NCBI GenBank assembly: GCA_002269645.1
Contig: NIVC01001507.1
Span: 1-60,457, forward strand
Direction of reading: 5' to 3'
Origin: Macrostomum lignano
Lineage: Eukaryota
DNA length: 60,457 nt
Program-made: the position numbers and the translations under genes
The notes under the pieces: model-generated
Databases searched by the model: none
The model's input: the letters and a program-made list of their open reading frames with translations, nothing else
Told to the model about the DNA's origin: nothing
Shown: positions 36,995 through 54,400 of the stretch, piece by piece
Position numbering within the stretch: the first letter of the stretch is position 1
How the letters are laid out: the number at the start of each line of letters is the position of its first letter

Positions 36995-37475
36995 TAATGA
37001 ATGATTATAAGAAATTAGTCTAATGAATGATTATAAGAAATTAGTCTAATGAATGATTATAAGAAATTAGTCTAATGAATTATTATAAGAAATTAGTCTA
37101 ATGAATGATTATAAGAAATTAGTCTAATGAATGATTATAAGAAATTAGTCTAATGAATGATTATAAGAAATTAGTCTAATGAATGATTATAAGAAATTAG
37201 TCTAATGAATGATTATAAGAAATTAGTCTAATGAATGATTATAAGAAATTAGTCTAATGAATGATTATAAGAAATTAGTCTAATGAATGATTATAAGAAA
37301 TTAGTCTAATGAATGATTATAAGAAATTAGTCTAATGAATGATTATAAGAAATTAGTCTAATGAATGATTATAAGAAATTAGTCTAATGAATGATTATAA
37401 GAAATTAGTCTAATGAATGATTATAAGAAATTAGTCTAATGAATGATTATAAGAAATTAGTCTAATGAATGATTA
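36995..37475. repeat. Intergenic minisatellite, 26 bp unit (TAATGAATGATTATAAGAAATTAGTC)
   Basis: About 18 nearly perfect copies. Confidence 0.95.
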
Positions 37476-37899
37476 GACTAAAGAATTGCCATAGATACGT
37501 CAATTATCTAAGACTTATATACTAATTTTGCACTGTTTGTATATTAGGCCCTAGTTAGTCTGTCTATTGTTAATTTTTTTGAGAACTGTCTAGCTAATTT
37601 TTTATATTAGGGCCTAGCTTTAAAAATTCTTTTTTGGTATTATATGTCATGCATCACTTTTTAATGAAAAATTTGAATAGGAAGTAGGTCAAATATGCAA
37701 AACAATGTTTTTAATGCTTTCAATAGGCACTCTATTCTATGATTTAATTCTTTAGGCCTAATTCAACCATTTAGGCCTTTCTTTGGCTAATGTATAGTAT
37801 AGAATATATATTCACAACAAATCTAGGCCTAATACTGCACTAAAATTTTATTTTTGGCAGTTGTTATTTGTCTAGTGACTGGAAGAATAGCCTTTTTGC

Positions 37900-39038
37900 T
37901 AGTGTTCCGCCGTAATTACGGCTACGGCTACGGCAAATTACGGCTACGACACTTTTGAAGCCGTATTTTCATTACGGATTACGGTTACGGACATATTTTG
38001 AGCTTACGGTTACGGTTACGGATTACGGAGATTTTTCTAGACTTGCTGTAATTGGTAGCCGTAACAAAAATTATTTATTTTTAACTGTTTAGTGTTATAA
38101 AAGAATTTTTTTATATCAACTTCAACCAGTTTTCATTTTGTTTTACTAGTTATTATTATTTGTTACATTTGTTAAGTTTCTAAATATCTACGAAACTTCT
38201 TGAAAATGAAAAACGAATTTTTTCACGAATTTTCTCATTAGGCATACGGCATAGCATAGCATAGCGATAGCATGATAGCAGCGAGACAGAGAGAGCCAGT
38301 CAAAGCCTACAAGAGACTAAGAATCTGGCATTCTTATTTCTTAGCCATATGTAGCATTTAGCTCCTTAGCATAAAAATAGGATATTAGATTTAGATTATG
38401 AGGATAAGGATGAAAGAATATTAATAAGGAAATACTAAATAAATACTAATAGGATAAGAATATGAATTATGATTGAAAATTGATTGAAACCAAAGAAGAC
38501 AATACAATAGACAATGCAATAAAATGAAAATGAAAAAATGTAACATGCAATTTCTTAGTCATCGGAAATTTTGAAGCAGTTTTATTTGAACAAATTCATA
38601 TATTTATTTAATGATATTAAACATACACATTGACCTTGGCACGTCAGTCATATATTCATATTGTAGCGAAACAAAACAGAATCACGACACAGAAAACTGA
38701 AAAAGGCACCAAGCACACAATTGCATACAACAATGCTATAGAATACTTCGATAAAGATGTTATATTTAGGAAAAAATAAATGAATATTAATGCATGAACG
38801 AACAACAAGTAGGTTTTATTGCTATCCTTTTATCCTTTTTATCTGTCCTTTTCTGTCTGCCCTACTTTTCATGCAAAAATATCAATTTTTGTTATACATT
38901 ACGGCTACGGTTACGGCAAATTACGGTTACGGACTTTTTTAGCTTGTAATGACGGCAAAATTCGGCTACGGAAGTTGCTTCTTTCTTACGGCTACGGTTA
39001 CGGTTACGGAGGTCAAAACTCGTGGCGGCGGAACACTA
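37900..39038. mobile_element. Non-autonomous hAT-type DNA transposon, 1139 bp
   Basis: Perfect 13-bp TIR TAGTGTTCCGCCG / CGGCGGAACACTA; perfect 8-bp TSD CTTTTTGC (37892-37899, 39039-39046); subterminal (T/C)TACGG arrays. Confidence 0.92.
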
Positions 39039-39153
39039 CTTTTTGCTATTTGTGTAGCTAAATTGCTAATATAAATATCTGTGTTTAGTGATAAATCTTC
39101 TAGATTTTTAAGACCTTTTCTTATATCCTGATTAATATTTTGTTATATAGGGG

Positions 39154-39970
39154 CCATACTCAGGAAGGTGGCCTGCACGCGGGAATTTTCCCGCGTGCAC
39201 AAGCCATGCTAAAATTTTGGCATGCAAAGTTGGCGTGCAAATAGGGGTCTCAAGCCACGCCTAAATTTTCAGCGTACAAGTTTTTTACTTGGCGTGTAAC
39301 CTTGGCGTGCAATTACAAACTGACAGTATATCAACAAGTCAGATATAGATGTATACACTATATATATATACAATAGGCCTATATAAAGTTAAACATGAAC
39401 AATTGAATTTGAATATTGATTAAACCAACTAGTTGAGGCTACAGCCTAGCCTACAGCCAGGCCTGACACTCTACAGCCTACATTAAAATTAAAATATCTA
39501 ATAACTTTTAAATGCTCTTATTTTGTGACTCTTTTAGACTTTTAGTTTATTTGTTTCTTGAAATGTGAAGAAAAAGTTTTTGATACTCACTATGTTTTTT
39601 GTAGCGAATTTCCTTTTTTTATATAAACTTTGTTTAACATAAGTAGAAAATTTATTTAAATCTCTCAATTCTAAATACTGTATAAAGTTACATTAAATAC
39701 GCAGTCAGTTGTTTTCTGTTTTATTTTTGACACAAAATTTAAGTCTTTTTTACAATTTACTGTAGGGTAAACAGACAGTGTAACCACTTTTGGCATACAG
39801 GATTTTGGTATACACAATTTTCGGCGTACATGATTTTTGGGATTCAAGATTTTTTGCGTGCAACAGAAACCTCATGTTAAGGGTTTTAAAAAATTGGCGT
39901 ACATTGGCATGCACCAAGGATTTTTCCATAAATTGATTCCCGCGTGCACTTGCCACCTTCCTGACTATGG
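39154..39970. mobile_element. Non-autonomous DNA transposon, 817 bp, 8-bp TSD
   Basis: ~33-bp TIR CCATA(C/G)TCAGGAAGGTGGC..TGCACGCGGGAAT; perfect TSD TATAGGGG (39146-39153, 39971-39978); subterminal TTGGCGT(G/A)CA motifs. Confidence 0.9.
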
Positions 39971-41132
39971 TATAGGGGGCCTACTAGTGCAAGCAAAACA
40001 TATGTATAATGTATATGCAATTTGGCATAATTTGGTATATAAGACATACACTGGTGTAACAACATAATAATCAAGGTACAAGTAAAAAGTCTTTGATGTC
40101 CAGGAATATTTACCCTTGTAGTTTCTATAAAATAGAATATTAATTTAATCAAACAAATAACAAAATGTCTAGTTGCCCAGTATTAACCGGATAAATAGAG
40201 AAACATGGCTATTATTTAGTAATCAGATAATGAACCATATCACTATTTGTCTAGTCACTAGATAAATAACAACAGCCTTTATTTTTTAAATATAACATAT
40301 ATAGTATAATGCAATTGTAGATAAGAACAGTATATAGCTAATAGACCTAATTAATTTAGACTAATTTGGCAAATTAATATATAAAATTTATATAAATTGG
40401 AAATGGACTAATTATTTAAAAAACAAGTTTTTAATGCTGTCAAAGTATTTTCAATTTAAATGCCCACAATTGGGGGCTTAATGTTGTAGTGTGCTTATAT
40501 ATACTCAATAATATCAAAATTGACAAAGTCATTATCACAAAAGATTCTGTCTGTGGTCCTACTTTAGAAGGTATAGGTAAAGTCCAATCTTTGCAAGTCA
40601 TGCAACTTAGCTATACCATGGCAAGCTTGAGTTGAGGAATAAAGTTGGGGGAGATGCAGTGTTCAATGGTTTTGTTTTGTTGGATAGATATTTTTTATTT
40701 CAAAATACTCTAAGAGAAATTGGTCATTGGTGCATAGATTAATGACTTTTCAATGTTGTTGAGTATAAAATTCTAAACAAAGAAAAAATCAATTTGTAAG
40801 TAGGTCAAATATTGAAATATAATTTTTTCATGTATTTACTCGTAGTTTATTAGTTTATTAAAATCAAAGCAGTATGCCTGTTCTTATAAATATGAAAAAA
40901 TCCTGCCAATGAAGTCACTGAATGGTGTAATAATGGCCATTTCGACATCATTGTATCTGGGTAAAAGTTCTTTGTAGTGTTGCTTTTAAAGAGCATCTTG
41001 TTGCACTCAACCTCTATTAAAAATTTGATAATATGAAAACATATTTTCATGGTTTAAAGCTTTTCAACTTGAAAGAATTAAAGCAAACTTGGCACTCCAA
41101 TCAAATCAGTTCACCTGCAATTCAAGTCAGCT

Positions 41133-41777
41133 ATGCAGACCAACTCTGTGAGCTTCCCGTCTGAAGAGGACCGGGCCGCCGCCCTGGCCAAGTCGCTGCA
41201 CGGCTGGCGCGTGCCCATCGTTCGCCTTGACGCCATCCTGCACTGGGAGCAGCCGCCAGCCCTTGGCGGCATCATTGCTGGCATCACGCTGGCCTTCCTG
41301 CTCATTGGCTGGCTGCAGCCGCCTCTTGTGTCTATGCTTGCCATTGTTGGCTTGCTGCTACTAATAGCAGACTTTGTTGTACCATTGGCCGCTAGTTGGC
41401 TTCTGTCTAGCGGAGTTGCCGGCATCGCCTGGACTGAAGCTGACGACCGCCGATATCGGGACACCTGCGCCAGGCTCGTTGGCGTGTGGGACTCGGTCTC
41501 GGGTCTGGCCTCTCAGATGCTGACTCTCCGCCGCGACAGGCCCCAGTTCTACCTGGCCATCGCTCTGCCGGCCCTTCTGAGCCTTCTGGTTCTGGCTGAG
41601 AAAATTAACAATCTGTTCCTTGCCTACTTGATCATCGTTAGCGGCCTGCTGCTGCCGGGCCTCCTGGGATCTGGCGTGGCCGCCAGCGCCGCTCGCCAGC
41701 TGTACGAGCTCATCAGGGCTCGAGTCCAGGCCCTCCAGCAGCGCTCGGCTGGTAGCAAAGATCCGAAGGCCGAATGA
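41133..41777 (+). CDS. ARL6IP1: ARL6IP1-like ER-shaping reticulon-like membrane protein, 214 aa, intronless
   Basis: Single ORF with L.GW....LHWE, LIADFVVP, W......RY...C..LV, L.L....PQFY, INNLFLAYLII..LLLPGL, matching remembered human ARL6IP1 motifs. AATAAA at 41959-41964. Confidence 0.9.
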   Translation: MQTNSVSFPSEEDRAAALAKSLHGWRVPIVRLDAILHWEQPPALGGIIAGITLAFLLIGWLQPPLVSMLAIVGLLLLIADFVVPLAASWLLSSGVAGIAWTEADDRRYRDTCARLVGVWDSVSGLASQMLTLRRDRPQFYLAIALPALLSLLVLAEKINNLFLAYLIIVSGLLLPGLLGSGVAASAARQLYELIRARVQALQQRSAGSKDPKAE

Positions 41778-42599
41778 ATAATGAATAGAAAATAAGTCGA
41801 AAGGTGGTTGACTGTTTTTTTTTCGGGTTTGGTACGAGTATTCAAGACGAGAAAGAACTGCGAGATGCCCGGCTGCCTTTTTGTGTTGTTGCGGTTAACA
41901 AAACCAGTTTTAATAAGAACGAAAGTCATCGGTATCAATTTTGAGGATATGTGATGAGAATAAATTCTCCACGATGTAAATAGCTGGTCTGGCATTAATT
42001 TATGTTACAGTTGTCTGGGCACCGCAACTGCATAGCATGCACATCATCTATATATCTACCTATCGATTTATCTGCTTCTAGCAATAGCAGTAGCAATTTT
42101 GTCTGTATGATTTATTACAGCATACATGTATCCATAGTCAGCTTGCTTGACTTTATTGCTAACCTGTTGTGTGGTTTTCTGCGCGCAAATACTTTATTTA
42201 ATAACACTGAAAACCTGTAGCTCTTAGTGTGCACCCCAGAATGCGAAAATGTTTTTGCTATTTATAACTGCACTAAGGTCCTAACTAGCCTCTGTGTGTC
42301 ATTGGCTGGGGTTTTATTTGTGTCTTAAAATTAATATCATCTATCTTTTATCTGCCCGCGTCGGTTGCTATCTGCTAAATTGTTTCTTTTATACTATTTT
42401 TATACTGTTAAATTGATTTTCAAAACAGACCAAAAAAACTTAAGTAGTGCGAAACTGCCAGGTTTGTCTGGGGCAATCTGGATTTACTTTGATTTAAGCA
42501 TCATTATCGTGATGTTTTGAATAGTTTGATTCTTATAAATTGTTCTACTATCTATCAAACTTGGAATAATTATGCACTAGACAGGGAATCATAAACTTC

Positions 42600-42838
42600 T
42601 TTAGGTATTCTGATCATTAGTTTAGGTATATTCCGATCTCTAGATTTGGTATTCTGATCTCTAGATGGGGTATCCCGATCTCTAGATTGGGTATTCTGAT
42701 CTCTAGATTGGGTATCCCGATCTCTAGATTTGGTATTCTGATCTCTAGATTGGGTATCCCGATCTCTAGATTGGGTATCCCGATCTCTAGATTGGGTATC
42801 CGGATCTCTATATTGGAAATTCCGTATCTCTAGATTGG
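42600..42838. repeat. Minisatellite, 21 bp unit (GATCTCTAGATTGGGTATCCC)
   Basis: About 10 degenerate tandem copies. Confidence 0.85.
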
Positions 42839-43289
42839 CGCACGGGCTGGCAGAGCCGGAAACTCAGACAAACTTTTCAGTTAGTCATTTTTTAATAAAC
42901 TTTCAATGGGAACAAAAATACTTACTTATATATTTTCTATTATTTTGTACCCGGAAGTCTTAATGTTTTACAGGATTCGAGTTTTTAGGCATTTTTCCTA
43001 CTGTTTTTTATTGGTCCACAGAAGACTGCACATCCACGTGTGAAATCTGACAGGCTTTGGTTTATCTCACAAGTATTAATTATTTAATATTTTACCTATA
43101 CTCACTGCTGCAATATCCTGTGTCCTTCCCAGCTGTAGGTTTGTGCGTTTTTTGCTGCTATTTTTGTGTTTCTATTTTTTCATTTCGCTTTTTGGCGCGT
43201 TTTCAAATTTGTAATAAGTGTTTTTAACAAAAATTATATCTTGCCTAGCTTAGTTTTGATATTCAAATATTTTATTGACTTTGATTGAT

Positions 43290-43760
43290 AAGGGATAGGA
43301 TTCTGGGGTATGGGATCATGATGCTAGTGTATGGGATTCGGGTTCTAGGGTATGGGATCAGGATGCTAGGGTATGGGATCAGGATGCTAGGGTATGGGAT
43401 TCGGGTTCTAGGGTATGGGATGAGGATGCTAGGGTATGGGATCAGGATGCTAGAGTATGGGATCAGGATTCTGGGGTATGGAATTCAAGTTCCAGGGTAT
43501 GGGATGAGGATGCTAGGGTATGGGATTCGGGTTCTAGGTTATGGGATCAGGATGCTAGAGTATGGGATCAGAATGCTAGGGTATGGGATTCAAGTTCTAG
43601 GGTATGGGATGAGGATGCTAGGTTATGGGATCAGGATGCTAGGGTATGGGATTCGGGTTCTAGGTTATGGGATCAGGATGCTAGAGTATGGGATCAGAAT
43701 GCTAGGGTATGGGATTCAAGTTCTAGGGTATGGGATCAGGATGCTAGGGTATGGATCAGG
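43290..43760. repeat. Minisatellite, 21 bp unit (GGGTATGGGATCAGGATGCTA)
   Basis: About 22 copies. Confidence 0.95.
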
Positions 43761-44084
43761 ATTTAAAACTGTTCATGACGATCTTAAACGCAATTTAGTT
43801 GACCCTTGTATTTGAATATTGTGCAATCTTCATTATAAAATCTCTAATGGCTTCTGGTCGCAGTTCTGTAATTAAGGCCACCGCAATGTCAATTTTTAGT
43901 CATGCAGTGCTTCTTCTGTTTATCCCGCCGCTTTTTCATCACATTTAATCAATACTAATTTTTCATCTCGCACGTTTTTTGACTGCTAGCGTTTCGTTCA
44001 GTTTTTTGTTTCATCATCATTTTTATCGGTTGGATATGCGCTAACTGATTGGGCTGAGTGATTTGTGTGTTAAAACTCTTTCTT

Positions 44085-45192
44085 TAATATCTATGGATGC
44101 TGCACTGGGGTTCCAGAGATTCTTCATCATCTATGGATTCTGCACTGGGGTTCCAGAGATTCTTCATCAGTATTTATGGATGCTGCACTGGGGTTCCAGA
44201 GATTCTTCATCGGTATCTATGGATGCTGGACTGGGATTCCAGAGATTCTTCATCAGTATTTATAGATGCTGGACTGGGGTTCCAGAGATTCTTCATCATC
44301 TATGGATTCTGCACTGGGGTTCCAGAGATTCTTCATCATCTATGGATTCTGCACTGGGGTTCCAGAGATTCTTCATCAACTATGGATGCTGCACTGGGGT
44401 TCCAGAGATTCTTCATCATCTATGGATGCTGCACTGGGGTTCCAGAGATTCTTCATCAGTATTTATGGATTCTGCACTGGGGTTCCAGAGATTCTTCATC
44501 ATCTATGGATGCTGCACTGGGGTTCCAGAGATTCTTCATCAACATCTATGGATGCTGCACTGGGGTTCCAGAGATTCTTCATCATCTATGGATTCTGCAC
44601 TGGGGTTCCAGAGATTCTTCATCATCTATGGATGCTGCACTGGGGTTCCAGAGATTCTTCATCAACATCTATGGATGCTGCACTGGGGTTCCAGAGATTC
44701 TTCATCATCTATGGATTCTGCACTGGGGTTCCAGAGATTCTTCATCATCTATGGATGCTGCACTGGGGTTCCAGAGATTCTTCATCAGTATTTATGGATT
44801 CTGCACTGGGGTTCCAGAGATTCTTCATCATCTATGGATGCTGCACTGGGGTTCCAGAGATTCTTCATCATCTATGGATGCTGCACTGGGGTTCCAGAGA
44901 TTCTTCATCATCTATGGATGCTGCACTGGGGTTCCAGAGATTCTTCATCATCTATGGATTCTGCACTGGGGTTCCAGAGATTCTTCATCATCTATGGATG
45001 CTGCACTGGGGTTCCAGAGATTCTTCATCATCTATGGATGCTGCACTGGGGTTCCAGAGATTCTTCATCAGTATTTATGGATTCTGCACTGGGGTTCCAG
45101 AGATTCTTCATCATCTATGGATGCTGGACTGGAGTTCCAGAGATTCTTCATCAGTATTTATGGATGCTGGACTGGGGTTCCATAAATTCTTC
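44085..45192. repeat. Minisatellite, ~40 bp unit (CTGCACTGGGGTTCCAGAGATTCTTCATCATCTATGGATG)
   Basis: About 27 copies with +3/+4 bp variants; source of the 341-377 aa spurious ORFs. Confidence 0.95.
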
Positions 45193-45439
45193 ATAAACAG
45201 TAACTTTATGCCTAATCTGTCTAACGCATTGATGGCCGCTTTAAACTCAGCTGAGAATTTTTTTAACAAAAATCATTGCAACGCTTTTTAGCACAGAAAT
45301 TAATTGCGTGATATTAATGATCATCATCATACTCCTTGTCCTTATACGGTTAAATATTGATTGGCTTTTAGCCTTGTCTGTGTCAATTTTTTGTTTTAAA
45401 GGTTTGCAGTAAGGAAGCAGATATGTGTAGCAATATCGA

Positions 45440-45835
45440 TAGTAGATAGATAGTAGATAGAAGGTAGATATCAGTAGTTAACAGCGGGTAGATATCGGTA
45501 GTTAGCAGAGGGTAGATATCGGTAGTTAGCAGAGGGCAGATAACAGTAGTTAGCAGAGGGTAGATACTCGTATCAGTACTTAACAGAGGACAGATATCAG
45601 TAGTTAGCAGAGGATAGATATCAGTAGTTATTAGAGGGTAGATATCAGTAGTTACCAGAGGGCAGATATCAGTAGTTACCAGAGGGCAGATATCAGTAGT
45701 TACCAGAGGGTAGATATCAGTAGTTACCAGAGGGCAGATATCAGTAGTTACCAGAGGGTAGATATCAGTAGTTACCAGAGGGCAGATATCAGTAGTTACA
45801 AGAGGGTAGATATCGGTAATTAGAAAAAAGTAGAT
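45440..45835. repeat. Minisatellite, 24 bp unit (GGCAGATATCAGTAGTTACCAGAG)
   Basis: Tandem copies ending ~110 bp before the METTL25B ATG. Confidence 0.9.
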
Positions 45836-45944
45836 ATTTAGTTGACAGAAAAGGGTAGTTATTCGTAGTTATTGCCTGTAGAAGTGAAATTCACATTACA
45901 TTTTCACTGTGAAACACTTCAGCGCGCCAGTACAAGTGAATGCA

Positions 45945-50832
<4,888 letters not shown>

Positions 50833-50950
50833 TAAAGTGTTTTTTGTAGGTATCTAGCTAGTTAACGTGAAATAAATACGATAATTCATAAGGTTCAATT
50901 AATGTAGTTAAGGTTTTCTTAATTCACTTTTGCTTGTGTTCATTTTTTTA

Positions 50951-51322
50951 TTAGCAGCATTAGTAGTAGTAGCATTAGTAGTAGTATTAGTAGTAGTAGT
51001 AGTAGTAGCAGTAGTAGTAGTAGTAGTAGCATAGTAGTAGTAGTAGTAGTAGTAGTATTGGTGATAGTAGTAGTGGTAGTAGTAGTAGTAGTATTAGTAG
51101 TAGTATTAGTAGTAGTATTGGTGGTAGCAGTAGTATTAGTAGTAGTAGTATTAGTGGTAGTAGTGGTGGTAGTAGTAGTATTAGTAGTAGTAGTAGTAGT
51201 ATTAGTAGTAGTATTAGTAGTAGTAGTATTAGTAGTAGTAGTAGTAGTATTAGTAGTAGTAGTATTAGTGGTAGTAGTGGTGGTAGTAGTAGAAGTGGTA
51301 GTAGTATTGGTAGTAGTAGTTA
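50951..51322. repeat. (AGT)n microsatellite
   Basis: Between the METTL25B stop codon and the C1GALT1 start codon. Confidence 0.95.
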
Positions 51323-51441
51323 CCATATTCTCCTATCGCGTTCGTCATTCCATGCATGCCAAACAACAAAGAAGTTTGAAGAATTTGTTTTTTTCTTCTT
51401 TTATTTGCTAAACTCTTTAAAGTTAGACTCGGCTGGTGCAG

Positions 51442-54400
51442 ATGCTGAAGTCCAAGCACACCTTGCTAACGGCGGCTGTGGGCTTCGCCTTTGGCTGCAT
51501 GCTCAGCTACCTGCTACTCAATGGCACCGGGGTGCGCGAGCTCGGCTGTCAGCCTGCTGTGATGCAGGATGCTGCGAAGCTGTGCCACGACACTAAGCAG
51601 GTCAGTATACAGTGATCGCGCGACTTTGTTGTTTCAGGACGTCTTCAACTTTAGTCTCCTTTTTTATGAAATCACTCTCCGACTTTCGAAATCTTATGAA
51701 ATGATTGCTAGAAATTTGTCTCGGTTGCTACCATGAAACTGCTTGAAAAGTGAGTTCGAATACTCGGGGTTCGAGTCACGCTTTTTCAATAAGACTAGAG
51801 ACGCGTTCTCTCGGTTTGAAAGTTGAGTTGCATCACCAACAAATGATTTGGAACTGGCATCACAGTGTGCAAGTTAGCGTTGCTTTCTTGTTTTTTTTTC
51901 ACTGTCACGTCCTTCATTTACACTCGGTCCCAATGCCTCTTATTGAAGTTTCACTATATAAGAAAAATTGGAATAGACGAATGACAGTCTGCAGTCTTCA
52001 TAAGGATTCATTGCCCACGAGGATCCATTGCCCATGAGGATCCATTCCCCATGAGGATGCATTCCCAATGAGGATCCATTCCCCATGAGAATCAATTTCC
52101 CATGAGGATCCATTTCTCACGAGGATTCATTCCCAATGAGGATCCATTCCCCATGAAGATCCATTCCCCATGAGGATGCATTTCTCATGAGGATGCATTC
52201 CCCATGAGGATGCATTCCCCATGAAGATCCATTCCCCATGAAGATCCATTCCCCATGAGGATGCATTCCCCATGAGGATCCATTCCCCATGAGGATGCAT
52301 TCCCAATGAGGATCCATTCCCCATGAAGATCCATTCCCCATGAGGATGCATTTCTCATGAGGATGCATTCCCCATGAGGATGCATTCCCCATGAAGATCC
52401 ATTCCCCATGAAGATCCATTCCCCATGAGGATGCATTCCCCATGAGGATCCATTCCCCATGAGGATGCATTCCCAATGAGGATCCATTTCTCATGAAGAT
52501 TCATTCCCCATGAGGATGCATTCCCCATGAAGATCCATTCCCCATGAAGATCCATTCCCCATGAAGATCCATTCCCCATGAGGATTCATTCCCCATGAGG
52601 ATCCATTCCCCATGAGGATTCATTCCCCATGAGGATCCATTCCCCATGAGGATCCATTCCCCATGAGGATGCATTCCCAATGAGGATCCATTCCCCATGA
52701 TCCCCCATTAAGAGCCTATTATGAAGTTCGAACTTGTGCAATTTTGACTTGACTTCACTGCTATTCTGGTCATCTAACAAAGGTTTGCATTCTGAACACG
52801 CACTCTGCTCCTGTTTTCCCATCACCGTCAAGGCCTCTGCTCAGCAGCTGCTCGCCGCCGAAGGCCAGTTCGTGCCCCGCCAGCCGCACGACCACGCCGC
52901 CTGGGACGCCGCCATCCGCCGTATGGGTCCAGTGCGCCAGTCTGCTCTGTGGAATGACTCCGCATCTCATTCCCATCTGAACGAGAATATCTTTGCCGAC
53001 AGGCTCAAAGCGAAAGTCCGCATATTCTGCTGGATTATGACTTCGCCTGGCAACCACGAGTCTAAGGCTGTTCATCTCAAGGCTACCTGGGTCAAACGGT
53101 GCAATAACTTTGTATTTATGAGCACTAAAGCTGATCCTTCACTGCCGTCCATTGGTTAGTACTGAGCGATAAGTTTTTGCATTGTTTTATCCTGTGTTCA
53201 ATGTGTATTAGGGACTGTTCAGGTGCATTAGGGACTGTTCAGGTGCATTAGGGACTGTTCAGGTGTATTAGGGACTGTTCAGGTGTATTAGCGACTGTTC
53301 AGGTGCATTAGGGACTGTTCAGGTGCATTAGGGACTGTTCAGGTGTATTAGGGACTGTTCAGGTGCATTAGGGACTGTTCAGGTGCATTAGGGACTGTTC
53401 AGGTGTATTAGGGACTGTTCAGGTGTATTAGGGACTGTTCAGGTGTATTAGGGACTGTTCAGGTGTATTAGGGACTGTTCAGGTGCATTAGGGACTGTTC
53501 AGGTGCATTAGGGACTGTTCAGGTGCATTAGGGACTGTTCAGGTGCATTAGGGACTGTTCAGGTGCATTAGGGACTGTTCAGGTGCATTAGGGACTGTTC
53601 AGGTGTATTAGGGACTGTTCAGGTGTATTAGGGACTGTTCAGGTGCATTAGGGACTGTTCAGGTGCATTAGGGACTGTTCAGGTGCATTAGGGACTGTTC
53701 AGGTGCATTAGGGACTGTTCAGGTGCATTAGGGACTGTTCAGGTGTATTAGGGACTGTTCAGGTGTATTAGGGACTGTTCAGGTGTATTAGGGACTGTTC
53801 AGGTGTATTAGGGACTGTTCAGGTGCATTAGGGACTGTTCAGGTGCATTAGGGACTGTTCAGGTGCATTAGGGACTGTTCAGGTGTATTAGGGACTGTTC
53901 AGGTGCATTAGGGACTGTTCAGGTGCATTAGGGACTGTTCAGGTGCATTAGGGACTGTTCAGGTGTATTAGGGACTGTTCAGGTGTATTAGGGGCTGTTC
54001 AGGTGTATTAGGGGCTGTTCAGGTGTATTAGGGACTGTTCAGGTGTATTAGGGACTGTTCAGGTGTATTAGGGACTGTTCAGGTGCATTAGGGACTGTTC
54101 AGGTGTATTAGGGGCTGTTCAGGTGTATTAGGGACTGTTCAGGTGTATTAGGGACTGTTCAGGTGTATTAGGGACTGTTCAGGTGCATTAGGGACTGTTC
54201 AGGTGTATTAGGGACTGTTCAGGTGTATTAGGGACTGTTCAGGTGTATTAGGGACTGTTCAGGTGCATTAGGGACTGTTCAGGTGCATTAGGGACTGTTC
54301 AGGTGTATTAGGGACTGTTCAGGTGTATTAGGGACTGTTCAAGTGTATTAGGGACTGTTCAGGTGTATTAGGGACTGTTCAGGTATATTAGAGACTGCAT

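Noticed and set aside
44063-45291. Three overlapping 341-377 aa ORFs
   Set aside because: All three frames come from the 40-bp minisatellite; not gene-like.
53203-54397. CRISPR-like regular array
   Set aside because: Head-to-tail repeats with no unique spacers, no cas genes, and a eukaryotic intron context; the same applies to all arrays in the window.
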